A stretch of DNA of 64,000 bases from Paludibacteraceae bacterium (GTDB lineage: Bacteria > Bacteroidota > Bacteroidia > Bacteroidales > Paludibacteraceae): contig JAFYWK010000008.1 in assembly GCA_017558065.1 (NCBI GenBank), forward strand, positions 22,899 to 86,898. The letters are read 5' to 3'. This document shows, one piece after another, positions 25,629 to 34,388 of this stretch. The position numbers and the translations under genes were made by a program. How positions within the stretch are numbered: the stretch's first letter is position 1; each line of letters begins with the position of its first letter. The notes under the pieces are model-generated. The model was given only the letters and a program-made list of their open reading frames with translations, was not told where the DNA came from and made no database searches.

Positions 25629-28331
25629 ATGGACGCAAAATACAATCCTAAAGACATTGAAGCCAAGTGGTATCAATACTGGCAAGACAAGAAACTATTC
25701 CACAGTACCCCAGACCATCGTGAGGCATACACCGTTGTGATCCCTCCACCAAACGTGACAGGTGTGTTGCACATGGGTCACGTACTCAATAACACTATCC
25801 AAGATATCCTCGTGCGCCGCGCACGCCTCGAGGGTAAGAACGCATGTTGGGCACCTGGTACTGACCACGCTAGTATCGCTACCGAAGCTAAGGTCATCAA
25901 GCGCCTCAAAGAGCAAGGCATCAACAAGAGCGACTTGACTCGTGAGGAGTTCCTCAAACATGCTTGGGCTTGGACCGAGGAGCACGGAGGTATCATTTTG
26001 AAGCAATTGCGTACACTCGGTTGCTCTTGCGACTGGGACCGTACCGCCTTCACCATGGACGAGACACGCTCCAAAGCCGTGATTGATGTATTCTGCGACC
26101 TATATAACAAGGGCCTCATCTACCGTGGATTGCGTATGGTTAACTGGGATCCAGAACGCCAAACAGCATTGAGCGACGAGGAGGTGATCTACCAAGAGGA
26201 GCACTCCAAACTCTATTACATGAAGTACTACGTGGCTGAACAGTTGACAATTGACAGTGAACAGTTGACAGCAGAGGGCAACGTGATTCATAAAGATGAA
26301 AAGGGTTACTACGCAGTAGTAGCTACCACCCGTCCTGAGACCATTATGGGTGACGTGGCTATGTGTATCAACCCTAAAGACCCTAAGAACCAATGGTTGA
26401 AAGGTAAGCATGTGATCGTTCCTAAAGTAGGTCGCGTGATTCCAGTGATCGAGGACCGCTATGTGGAGATTGAGTTTGGTACCGGTTGCTTGAAGGTGAC
26501 CCCTGCACACGATGTAAATGACTACGCATTGGGACAAAAATACGACCTCACCACCTACGATATTTTCACCGCGGACGCGCATGTGAACGTAGAGGGATTG
26601 GAGGCAGACATCTATCCTAATGTGGCTGCTTACCAAGGCATGGACCGCTTCGACTGCCGCAAGCAAATTGTAGTGGATCTCCAAGCCGAAGGATTGGTGG
26701 AGAAAGTGGAGGACTACACCAACAAAGTGGGTTACTCCGAGCGTACCAATGTACCTATCGAGCCACGCCTCAGCTTGCAATGGTTCATCCGCATGCAACA
26801 CTTTGCTGATATCGCGTTGCCACCAGTAATGAACGACGATATCGTCTTCTATCCAACTAAATACAAAAACACCTACCGCAACTGGCTCGAGAACATCAAA
26901 GACTGGTGTATCTCACGCCAACTCTGGTGGGGACACCGTATCCCTGCGTACTACGAGAAAGCGTTGCTCGAAGAGACAGGCGCAGAGAACTATCCAGAGG
27001 ATAAGATTATCGTAGCGCCAAACATCGAAGCAGCTGCCGAGAAATCAGGCTTGAGCGTAGATGCGTTGGTACAAGACGAAGGTGCATTGGATACATGGTT
27101 CTCATCATGGCTCTGGCCAATTAGCCTCTTTGATGGTATTGAGAATCCAGGCAATGAGGAGATCAACTATTACTATCCAACCGCAGACTTGGTGACTGGT
27201 CCTGATATCATCTTCTTCTGGGTGGCACGTATGATTATGGCAGGTTATGAGTATATCGGCAAAATGCCATTCCGTCATGTATATTTCACTGGTATCGTGC
27301 GTGATAAGTTGGGTCGCAAGATGTCTAAGTCACTGGGTAACAGCCCCGATCCATTGGATTTGATTGAGCGCTTTGGAGCAGACGGCGTGCGTATGGGTAT
27401 GATGCTTTGCGCTCCTGCGGGCAATGATATCTTGTTCGACGATAACCTCTGCGAGCAAGGACGCAACTTCTGCAACAAGATCTGGAACTGCTTCCGTCTC
27501 ATCAAGGGATGGGAGGTTGCCGACATAGCTATGCCAGAGACCAATCAATGGGGTGTAGAATGGTTCGAGGCAGTACTTGCTAAAGCACAAGCAGAGGTGG
27601 CTGATCTGTTTAGCAAATACCGCCTCAGCGAGGCGTTGATGGCTATCTACAAGCTCTTCTGCGACGATTTCTCAGGATGGTACTTAGAGATCATCAAACC
27701 TGCATACGGTCAGCCAATTGATAAGGCAACCTATGAGAAGACTATCCAATTTATGGATACGATGCTCAAGCTCTTGCACCCATTCATGCCATTCATCACC
27801 GAGGAGTTGTGGCAAGCTATCGAGGAGCGCCAAGAGGGCGAATCACTCATGGTTTCCCCACTCAACGCTACACAACCGCTACACAACACTACACAACTGC
27901 TCAACGATGCTGCACAATGCTTCGATATTATCTCTGCTATCCGCAATATCCGTGCGCAAAAGAATATCTCTCCTAAGGAGGTATTGACACTCGTTTGCCC
28001 AGAGGCATTGCCAGCAGTGGTAGTGAAATTGGCGAATGTAGAGTTGGCTGTAGGTGCTGAGAAGAGCGCAGGTAGCGCATCCTTCATCATTGGTACCACC
28101 GAGTATAGCGTGCCATTGGAGAAGTTCATCAATGTGGAGGAAGAATTGAAGAAACTCGAGGCTGAGTTGGCTCACCAAGAGGGCTTCCTTCGTGGTGTGA
28201 TGGGCAAACTCAACAACGAGCGCTTTGTGCAAAACGCCAAACCAGAGGTGGTTGAGTTGGAACGCAAGAAGAAAGCCGATGCTGAAAGCCGTATTGCCAC
28301 CATCAAAGAGGCAATTGCTGCGCTGAAATAA
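25629..28331 (+). CDS. valS: valine--tRNA ligase
   Basis: 900-aa ORF. HIGH-type motif [18 protein letters not shown] motif, [10 protein letters not shown] editing-domain motif, and a C-terminal coiled coil. Confidence 0.95.
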   Translation: MDAKYNPKDIEAKWYQYWQDKKLFHSTPDHREAYTVVIPPPNVTGVLHMGHVLNNTIQDILVRRARLEGKNACWAPGTDHASIATEAKVIKRLKEQGINKSDLTREEFLKHAWAWTEEHGGIILKQLRTLGCSCDWDRTAFTMDETRSKAVIDVFCDLYNKGLIYRGLRMVNWDPERQTALSDEEVIYQEEHSKLYYMKYYVAEQLTIDSEQLTAEGNVIHKDEKGYYAVVATTRPETIMGDVAMCINPKDPKNQWLKGKHVIVPKVGRVIPVIEDRYVEIEFGTGCLKVTPAHDVNDYALGQKYDLTTYDIFTADAHVNVEGLEADIYPNVAAYQGMDRFDCRKQIVVDLQAEGLVEKVEDYTNKVGYSERTNVPIEPRLSLQWFIRMQHFADIALPPVMNDDIVFYPTKYKNTYRNWLENIKDWCISRQLWWGHRIPAYYEKALLEETGAENYPEDKIIVAPNIEAAAEKSGLSVDALVQDEGALDTWFSSWLWPISLFDGIENPGNEEINYYYPTADLVTGPDIIFFWVARMIMAGYEYIGKMPFRHVYFTGIVRDKLGRKMSKSLGNSPDPLDLIERFGADGVRMGMMLCAPAGNDILFDDNLCEQGRNFCNKIWNCFRLIKGWEVADIAMPETNQWGVEWFEAVLAKAQAEVADLFSKYRLSEALMAIYKLFCDDFSGWYLEIIKPAYGQPIDKATYEKTIQFMDTMLKLLHPFMPFITEELWQAIEERQEGESLMVSPLNATQPLHNTTQLLNDAAQCFDIISAIRNIRAQKNISPKEVLTLVCPEALPAVVVKLANVELAVGAEKSAGSASFIIGTTEYSVPLEKFINVEEELKKLEAELAHQEGFLRGVMGKLNNERFVQNAKPEVVELERKKKADAESRIATIKEAIAALK
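26235..26276. repeat. coding-embedded heptamer array in valS (GCTGAAC AGTTGAC AATTGAC AGTGAAC AGTTGAC AGCAGAG)
   Basis: 6 x 7 nt = 42 nt, in frame, translated as [14 protein letters not shown]. It lies in the variable loop before the TTRPET motif. Confidence 0.8.
27868..27897. repeat. coding-embedded 3 x CTACACAAC (period 10-11) in valS
   Basis: Copies at 27868-76, 27879-87 and 27889-97, translated as [12 protein letters not shown]. The same 9-mer occurs in the DUF4922 insertion. Confidence 0.85.
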
Positions 28332-28344
28332 TCAGCGAGTTGAA

Positions 28345-28380
28345 AAAGTTTTAGTCGCAACAGTGTTGCTGTTCTAAAAG
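28345..28380 (+). other. conserved stem-loop element, copy B (putative terminator/REP-like)
   Basis: AAAGTTTTAGTCGCAACAGTGTTGCTGTTCTAAAAG, 14 nt after the valS stop. The stem GCAAC/GTTGC differs from copy A by a compensatory pair. Confidence 0.6.
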
Positions 28381-28393
28381 TTTTAAAGGTTGA

Positions 28394-28654
28394 ATGAAAA
28401 ACTTAGCATCACTTCGCGCAGAGATTGACCAGCTGGATGAGCAGTTGTGGGAGATCATCGGCAAGCGTGTGGATGTGGCTCGCCAGATAGGCGAATGGAA
28501 ACATCAACATGGTGAATCTATTGTGCAAACACAACGCTATCAAGAGGTATTGCAGCATTGCCGACAAGTGGGCTCGCAATATGGTCTGAGCGAAGAAGTA
28601 ATACATGAAGTCATGAACGCTTTACATACAGAGAGTATCAGGGTAGAATCCTGA
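28394..28654 (+). CDS. chorismate mutase (stand-alone AroQ-type)
   Basis: 86-aa ORF. LRAEIDQLDEQLWEIIGKRVDVARQIGEWK matches the AroQ helix-1 pattern. Confidence 0.75.
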   Translation: MKNLASLRAEIDQLDEQLWEIIGKRVDVARQIGEWKHQHGESIVQTQRYQEVLQHCRQVGSQYGLSEEVIHEVMNALHTESIRVES

Positions 28655-28720
28655 TGCTTTTTGTTTTGGCATGGTTTTTGTATAAGGAAAGAAAGTTCGT
28701 AAATACTAAAAATTTATCAT

Positions 28721-29713
28721 ATGCAAACAGTTGATATTCGTGAACTTCAAGAGCGCATTGAGCGCGAGAGTTCATTCGTAGATGCCCTGACCATGGGCAT
28801 GAACCATGTGATTGTAGGTCAAAAGCACTTAGTGGAAAGTCTTTTGATTGGTTTGTTGGCAGATGGACACATCCTCTTGGAAGGTGTTCCTGGCTTGGCA
28901 AAGACATTGGCTATTAACACATTGGCAAAATTAGTAAAAGCAGATTTTAGTCGTATTCAGTTTACCCCCGACCTGCTTCCAGCCGATGTGATAGGTACAC
29001 AAATCTACTCACAAAAGTCGGAAGAGTTCAAGGTAAAGCAAGGTCCTATTTTTGCTAACTTTGTTCTTGCGGACGAGATTAACCGTGCCCCAGCGAAAGT
29101 GCAATCAGCACTGCTTGAAGCGATGCAAGAGCGTCAGATTACCATTGGCGAACAGACTTATAAGTTGGAAGAACCATTCTTGGTATTAGCGACCCAAAAC
29201 CCTATTGAGCAAGAAGGTACCTACCCATTGCCAGAGGCACAAACCGACCGTTTTATGCTTAAAGTGGTGATTGGCTATCCAAAGAAAGAAGAGGAGATGC
29301 AAATCATTCGCCAAAACATAACAGGCGAAAAAATCACTGTTACCCCTATACTCAGCACCGATGAGATTGTCAAAGCGCGCAAGATTGTTCGCGAAGTGTA
29401 TATCGACGAAAAGATTGAGAAATACATTGTGGACATCGTGTTTGCTACTCGTCAGCCAGAAGCATATGGTCTGGATAACCTGAAGCCAATGATTCAGTTT
29501 GGCGGTTCGCCTCGTGCAAGTATCAACTTGGCATTGGCTGCACGCGCATACGCCTTTATCCATCGCCGTGGCTATGTGATTCCAGAAGATGTTCGTGCTG
29601 TTTGCTACGATGTACTCCGCCACCGTATCGGACTCACATACGAGGCAGAGGCTAATAACATGACCACCGAAGATGTGATTACAGAGGTGCTGAACGCTGT
29701 GCAAGTGCCATAA
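28721..29713 (+). CDS. MoxR-family AAA+ ATPase (first gene of the Bat operon)
   Basis: 330-aa ORF. Walker A LLEGVPGLAKT, Walker B/sensor LADEINRAPAKVQSALLEAMQERQIT. Confidence 0.9.
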   Translation: MQTVDIRELQERIERESSFVDALTMGMNHVIVGQKHLVESLLIGLLADGHILLEGVPGLAKTLAINTLAKLVKADFSRIQFTPDLLPADVIGTQIYSQKSEEFKVKQGPIFANFVLADEINRAPAKVQSALLEAMQERQITIGEQTYKLEEPFLVLATQNPIEQEGTYPLPEAQTDRFMLKVVIGYPKKEEEMQIIRQNITGEKITVTPILSTDEIVKARKIVREVYIDEKIEKYIVDIVFATRQPEAYGLDNLKPMIQFGGSPRASINLALAARAYAFIHRRGYVIPEDVRAVCYDVLRHRIGLTYEAEANNMTTEDVITEVLNAVQVP

Positions 29714-29720
29714 TATTTAG

Positions 29721-29775
29721 GTTATAGGACGCCCTTTGGGCTATAGGATGCGGCTGTGCCGCTATAGGTTATAGG
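29721..29775. repeat. TATAGG words interleaved with two GC mini-hairpins (GCCC-ttt-GGGC, GCGGC-tgt-GCCGC)
   Basis: TATAGG at 29723, 29742, 29763 and 29770. Makes up most of the MoxR-DUF58 spacer. Confidence 0.85.
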
Positions 29776-29782
29776 ACAGATT

Positions 29783-30646
29783 ATGACTTCAGAAGAACTA
29801 TTAAAACGGGTACGGAAGATAGAGATTAAGACTCGTAAACTGAGTCGCAATATCTTCGCTGGCGAATACCATTCGCAGTTCAAGGGACGCGGTATGGCGT
29901 TCTCAGAAGTGCGTGAGTATCAGCCAGGCGACGATGTTCGCTCTATTGACTGGAATGTGACCGCACGCCTCAACAAGCCTTATATCAAGGTCTTTGAAGA
30001 GGAGCGCGAACTGACCGTAATGCTGCTGGTGGATGTGTCGGGCAGCCGCAATTTTGGTACACTGAGCCAAATGAAGCGCGATATGATGGCTGAAGTGGCG
30101 GCGACGCTGGCTTTCTCCACGATTGCCAACAACGATAAGGTGGGTGTGATATTCTTCTCCGATAAGATTGAGAAATACATCCCCGCACAAAAAGGAAAGA
30201 CCCACGTGTTGCATATCATTCGCGAACTGCTGAGTTTTGAACCTTCGTCCAAAGGTACAGATATGGCGCAGGCGCTACAATATTTTGCCAACGCACAAAA
30301 ACGCCATTGTACGGCATTCCTCATCTCCGACTTTATCGGAGCAGGCGCTATGGATAAGCCATTGCTGATAGCATCGAACCGACACGAGGTGAATGCCATA
30401 CAGATATACGACCGCCGCGAAGCCGAACTACCCAACATAGGACTGGTGAAGTTCCACGATGCCGAGTCGGACAACGACCTATGGATAGACACTTCGCTGG
30501 CAAGCGTTCGTGGTGATTATGCGCAAGCATGGAAAGAGAATCAAGACTCGCTGGAGCAACTCTTCACGCGCACGGGCGTAAACCATATTAGTGTGCGTAC
30601 TGACGAAGATTATGTGAAAGCCCTAATGCACTTATTCAAATGCTGA
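29783..30646 (+). CDS. DUF58 domain protein (MoxR partner)
   Basis: 287-aa ORF with motif FKGRGMAFSEVREYQPGDDVRSIDWNVTAR. Confidence 0.85.
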   Translation: MTSEELLKRVRKIEIKTRKLSRNIFAGEYHSQFKGRGMAFSEVREYQPGDDVRSIDWNVTARLNKPYIKVFEEERELTVMLLVDVSGSRNFGTLSQMKRDMMAEVAATLAFSTIANNDKVGVIFFSDKIEKYIPAQKGKTHVLHIIRELLSFEPSSKGTDMAQALQYFANAQKRHCTAFLISDFIGAGAMDKPLLIASNRHEVNAIQIYDRREAELPNIGLVKFHDAESDNDLWIDTSLASVRGDYAQAWKENQDSLEQLFTRTGVNHISVRTDEDYVKALMHLFKC

Positions 30647-31539
30647 CAACAATATTGGCACTGGTGGTAAGTGCCGCAATAGATAGTACCACCCTTTTTA
30701 TTGGCGATCAGACCGATTTGCATTTGCGTGCCACTTGTGAGATGGGTGAGCAAGTGCAGATGCCCGTATTGGGTGAACAACTCATTTCTGGCATAGAGAT
30801 TATAGATCGCACTATTGTAGATACAACCACGCTGCAAGATGGACGCGTGCAATACAACCAATACCTAACCCTCACTTCGTTTCAAGACTCGCTGTTCTAC
30901 ATCGAGCCACTGGCATTCGTGAGTGGCGATGATACGGTATGGAGCGAGTCACTCATGCTGAATGTGGTGCAACCATTCGAGATGGATAGTGCCGACATGG
31001 CTATCACCGACATCAAAAGTATATACAACGCCCCTATATGGTGGTGGGGCATACTGCGTTGGGTATTATTGGCATTAGCAATAGCAGGCATAGGTGTGGG
31101 AGGATACTACCTCATCACTTATCTACGCAGTCGCTACGGTGATGCACCCGCTACAGCCGTGCCTACGGAGCCATTGCGCCCAGCCGAAGAAGTGGCACTG
31201 GAGAAACTGGATGCTATCCGCGAGGAGAAGATCTGGCAGAGCGGACAAGTCAAAGAATACCATACACAACTCACCGATGTGGTGCGCGAATACATCGCTC
31301 GTCGCTTTGAGGTGAGCAGTACGGAACAGACTTCGGACGAAACGCTACGTGCTATGCGCGGGTTACTCACAGACAAGAAAGAGTTGTACGACAACCTACG
31401 CAAGATGCTGACATTGGCAGACTTGGTGAAGTTTGCTAAGTGGACTACCACTCCCGATGAGAATGAAATCAGTTTGCGCAACGCATATACCTTCGTCAAA
31501 GAAACCACCCCTGTTGAAGAAGAACCTACAGAAAATTAA
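30640..31539 (+). CDS. single-pass membrane protein of the Bat operon (DUF4381-like)
   Basis: 299-aa ORF. The ATG overlaps the upstream stop (ATGCTGA). Central TM segment WWWGILRWVLLALAIAGIGVGGYYLITYL. The call rests on its position between DUF58 and BatA. Confidence 0.6.
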   Translation: MLTTILALVVSAAIDSTTLFIGDQTDLHLRATCEMGEQVQMPVLGEQLISGIEIIDRTIVDTTTLQDGRVQYNQYLTLTSFQDSLFYIEPLAFVSGDDTVWSESLMLNVVQPFEMDSADMAITDIKSIYNAPIWWWGILRWVLLALAIAGIGVGGYYLITYLRSRYGDAPATAVPTEPLRPAEEVALEKLDAIREEKIWQSGQVKEYHTQLTDVVREYIARRFEVSSTEQTSDETLRAMRGLLTDKKELYDNLRKMLTLADLVKFAKWTTTPDENEISLRNAYTFVKETTPVEEEPTEN

Positions 31540-31566
31540 ATTGTACATTGTCCAATTGTAAATACT

Positions 31567-32556
31567 ATGACATTTGCTAACCCTGGATATTTATTTCTGC
31601 TCCTACTGCTGATTCCTGTAGTGGGCTGGTACATATGGAAACTGCGAAATGCTCGTGCATCGGTGCAGTTGTCCTCCACCGATAGTCTGCGTCGTCAGCC
31701 CAAAAGCCTTCGCGTATGGCTGATACATGTGCCCTTTGCTTTGCGAGTGATGGTGATTACCCTATTGTCCTTGGCATTGGCACGCCCACAGCTGAGCAAT
31801 CGTTGGCAGTCAGAATCCACCGAAGGTATCGACATCATGATGGCGCTGGATATCTCAGGCACTATGTTGGGCGAGGACTTGAAGCCCAATCGACTGGAAG
31901 CAGCCAAAACCGTAGCAACCGATTTCGTACTATCGCGCCCTAATGACCAGATTGGTTTGGTAGTGTTCGCAGGCGAGAGTTTTACGCAATGCCCATTGAC
32001 TACGGATCATGCTGTATTAGTGAACCTATTTCAGTCTGTGAAATTCGGTATGATAGAAGACGGAACTGCCATTGGTTTGGGATTGGCGAACGCAGTGAAC
32101 CGCATGAAAGATTCTGAAACGAAGTCCAAAGTGGTCATCTTGCTCACCGATGGAAGCAACAACCGTGGTGACATCGACCCTATGACCGCAGCCGAGATTG
32201 CCAAGACCTTTAACATACGCGTATATGCCATTGGTGTAGGCAGTTATAGCAAGGAAGTGCGCGTGCCTATTCATACGCCATATGGCGTACAATATGGTAC
32301 GATGAGTTCGGAGTTTGACGAGAGTACCCTGCGCAACATCGCACAGATGACAGGCGGCGAGTATTTCCGTGCTACGGACAACAATAGCCTGAAGGCCATC
32401 TACCAACAGATCGACCAACTGGAAAAGACCAAGATTCGCGTTCGCGAATACTCCAAGCGCACCGAGCATTTTGCGCCATTCCTATTGGCTGCCCTGCTCT
32501 GCCTACTGATGGAATTACTGCTGCGTTTCTTCATTCTACGAACCGTTTCTGAATAA
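31567..32556 (+). CDS. batA: vWA-domain membrane protein BatA
   Basis: 329-aa ORF. N-terminal TM segments, MIDAS DIMMALDISGTM, C-terminal TM. Confidence 0.8.
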   Translation: MTFANPGYLFLLLLLIPVVGWYIWKLRNARASVQLSSTDSLRRQPKSLRVWLIHVPFALRVMVITLLSLALARPQLSNRWQSESTEGIDIMMALDISGTMLGEDLKPNRLEAAKTVATDFVLSRPNDQIGLVVFAGESFTQCPLTTDHAVLVNLFQSVKFGMIEDGTAIGLGLANAVNRMKDSETKSKVVILLTDGSNNRGDIDPMTAAEIAKTFNIRVYAIGVGSYSKEVRVPIHTPYGVQYGTMSSEFDESTLRNIAQMTGGEYFRATDNNSLKAIYQQIDQLEKTKIRVREYSKRTEHFAPFLLAALLCLLMELLLRFFILRTVSE

Positions 32557-32560
32557 TATT

Positions 32561-32597
32561 CTTTAAAACTCTTAAAACTGTTAGAACTTTCAACTTT
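32561..32597. repeat. tandem 7-9-mers of the TTTNAAAC family (CTTTAAAAC TCTTAAAAC TGTTAGAAC TTTCAAC TTT...)
   Basis: Makes up most of the batA-batB spacer and ends 8 nt before the batB ATG. Confidence 0.8.
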
Positions 32598-32604
32598 ATA
32601 GAAT

Positions 32605-33642
32605 ATGTTTAGATTTGCAAATATAGAAATGCTTTGGTGGCTAATCACAATCCCCGTATTTGTGATTGCATATATCATCATCACCAAGCGCAAACAACGC
32701 CAGTTAATGGAGTTTGGTGACCCTGAGCTGATGGCACAACTGATGCCTGATGCCTCTAAGAGTCGTCCTATCGTTAAGTTCACGCTGCTCATCGTAGCAC
32801 TTACGTTACTCATTGTGGCTGCTGCTCGTCCTCAATATGGACAACAAGAGAAAACCGTGAAACGCCAAGGCATCGAAGTGATGGTGGCGTTGGATATATC
32901 CAATTCCATGCTGGCAGAAGATGTGGCACCTAATCGTTTGGACCGCGCGAAGCAAATGCTGAGCAAGATGATTGACAACATGACGGACGACAAAGTGGGT
33001 TTAGTTGTTTTCGCGGGCGAAGCCTTTACGCAACTGCCTATCACATGCGACTATGTATCAGCTAAGATGTTTCTCAATACCATCTCGCCCAAACTCATCC
33101 CTACCCAAGGTACGGCTATCGGCGCAGCGTTGCAAACGGCTATCCGCTCCTTTGGCAGCCAAGAGAGCGATGCGGGCAGAGCCATCATCCTCATTACTGA
33201 TGGTGAGAACCACGAAGATGATGCTACAGCCGTAGCCAAACAAGCGCAGGAACTGGGCATACAGGTGTTTGTGATTGGTATTGGTAAACCCGAAGGCTCA
33301 CCCATCCCTATACCTGGCACCAACGACTATATCAAAGACCGTAGCGGACAAGTGGTAGTCAGTCGCCTCAACGAGGAGATGTGCCAAGAGATTGCCCAAG
33401 CAGGCAAAGGAGCATATGTGCGCTGCGATAATACGAATACAGCCATGCGTGCCCTGCAACAGGAGCTCGACCGCATCGCTACCACCGACCTTGAGACCAC
33501 CGTATATGCCGACTATAACGAACAATACCAATCCTTCCTCCTGATAGCATTACTGCTCTTGGTGATTGATTGCTTTATTCTGATGCGACAGAATCATCGC
33601 CTCAATCGAATGGACTTGTTCAAAGAGAAAACTGAAAAGTGA
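32605..33642 (+). CDS. batB: vWA-domain membrane protein BatB
   Basis: 345-aa ORF. MIDAS VMVALDISNSM, with terminal TM segments. Confidence 0.8.
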   Translation: MFRFANIEMLWWLITIPVFVIAYIIITKRKQRQLMEFGDPELMAQLMPDASKSRPIVKFTLLIVALTLLIVAAARPQYGQQEKTVKRQGIEVMVALDISNSMLAEDVAPNRLDRAKQMLSKMIDNMTDDKVGLVVFAGEAFTQLPITCDYVSAKMFLNTISPKLIPTQGTAIGAALQTAIRSFGSQESDAGRAIILITDGENHEDDATAVAKQAQELGIQVFVIGIGKPEGSPIPIPGTNDYIKDRSGQVVVSRLNEEMCQEIAQAGKGAYVRCDNTNTAMRALQQELDRIATTDLETTVYADYNEQYQSFLLIALLLLVIDCFILMRQNHRLNRMDLFKEKTEK

Positions 33643-33658
33643 AAACTGACAACTGAAA
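33631..33658. repeat. 4 x 7-mer (ACTGAAA AGTGAAA ACTGACA ACTGAAA) spanning the batB stop
   Basis: The batB TGA (33640-42) lies inside unit 2. The array ends 12 nt before the batC ATG. Confidence 0.8.
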
Positions 33659-33670
33659 AAGGGATTTAAT

Positions 33671-34384
33671 ATGCGATTTTTATTGACAATCATATTATTA
33701 TGTGTAGCCTCGCTGCTCTTTGCGCAGCAGGAGAGTGGCGATGTGCGCCGAGGCAATCTGCAGTACAACGACTCCAACTACACCGAGGCCGAAGTAAACT
33801 ACCGACGCGGTTTGGAGAAAAATAACCAATCGTTTGAAGCACACTTCAACTTGGGCGATGCCCTCTTCCGCCAAGAGAAATACCCCGAGGCATTGGAGCA
33901 ATACGCCGAAGCCGAGAAACTGCTGAAGGCGGATGACAAAACGAGAAAAGAGAAAGTGGACAGTCGATTGGCTGACACCTATCATAATATGGGTAACGCC
34001 CTCTATGCACAGCAGCAATACGACAAGGCAGTAGGTGCCTATCAACAGTCTCTGCGCTTGAATCCCAAAGACAACGACACACGATACAATCTGGTGAAAG
34101 CGATGCAACAGTTGCAACAACAGCAACAGCAGCAGAACCAGCAAAACCAAGACCAGCAACAACAGCAACAACAAAACGATTCCACTCAACAGCAACAACA
34201 GCAAGAGCACCAACAACCGCAACAAGAACAGCAACAGAATCAGCAGCCCGAGCAAAACGAACAGCAGATGGATAAAGAGACGGCTGAACAGATTTTGCAG
34301 GCACTGGAGCAAGACGAACAAGAGACACAAGAGAAACTTCAACGCCAACAAGGCAAGAAACGTCGCGTAGAAAAAGAATGGTAA
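33671..34384 (+). CDS. batC: TPR-repeat protein BatC with glutamine-rich low-complexity tail
   Basis: 237-aa ORF with a signal/TM segment, TPR motifs (YNLGDALFRQEKYPEALEQY, HNMGNALYAQQQYDKAVGAY) and a long Q/N-rich tract. Confidence 0.75.
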   Translation: MRFLLTIILLCVASLLFAQQESGDVRRGNLQYNDSNYTEAEVNYRRGLEKNNQSFEAHFNLGDALFRQEKYPEALEQYAEAEKLLKADDKTRKEKVDSRLADTYHNMGNALYAQQQYDKAVGAYQQSLRLNPKDNDTRYNLVKAMQQLQQQQQQQNQQNQDQQQQQQQNDSTQQQQQQEHQQPQQEQQQNQQPEQNEQQMDKETAEQILQALEQDEQETQEKLQRQQGKKRRVEKEW

Positions 34385-34388
34385 GATT

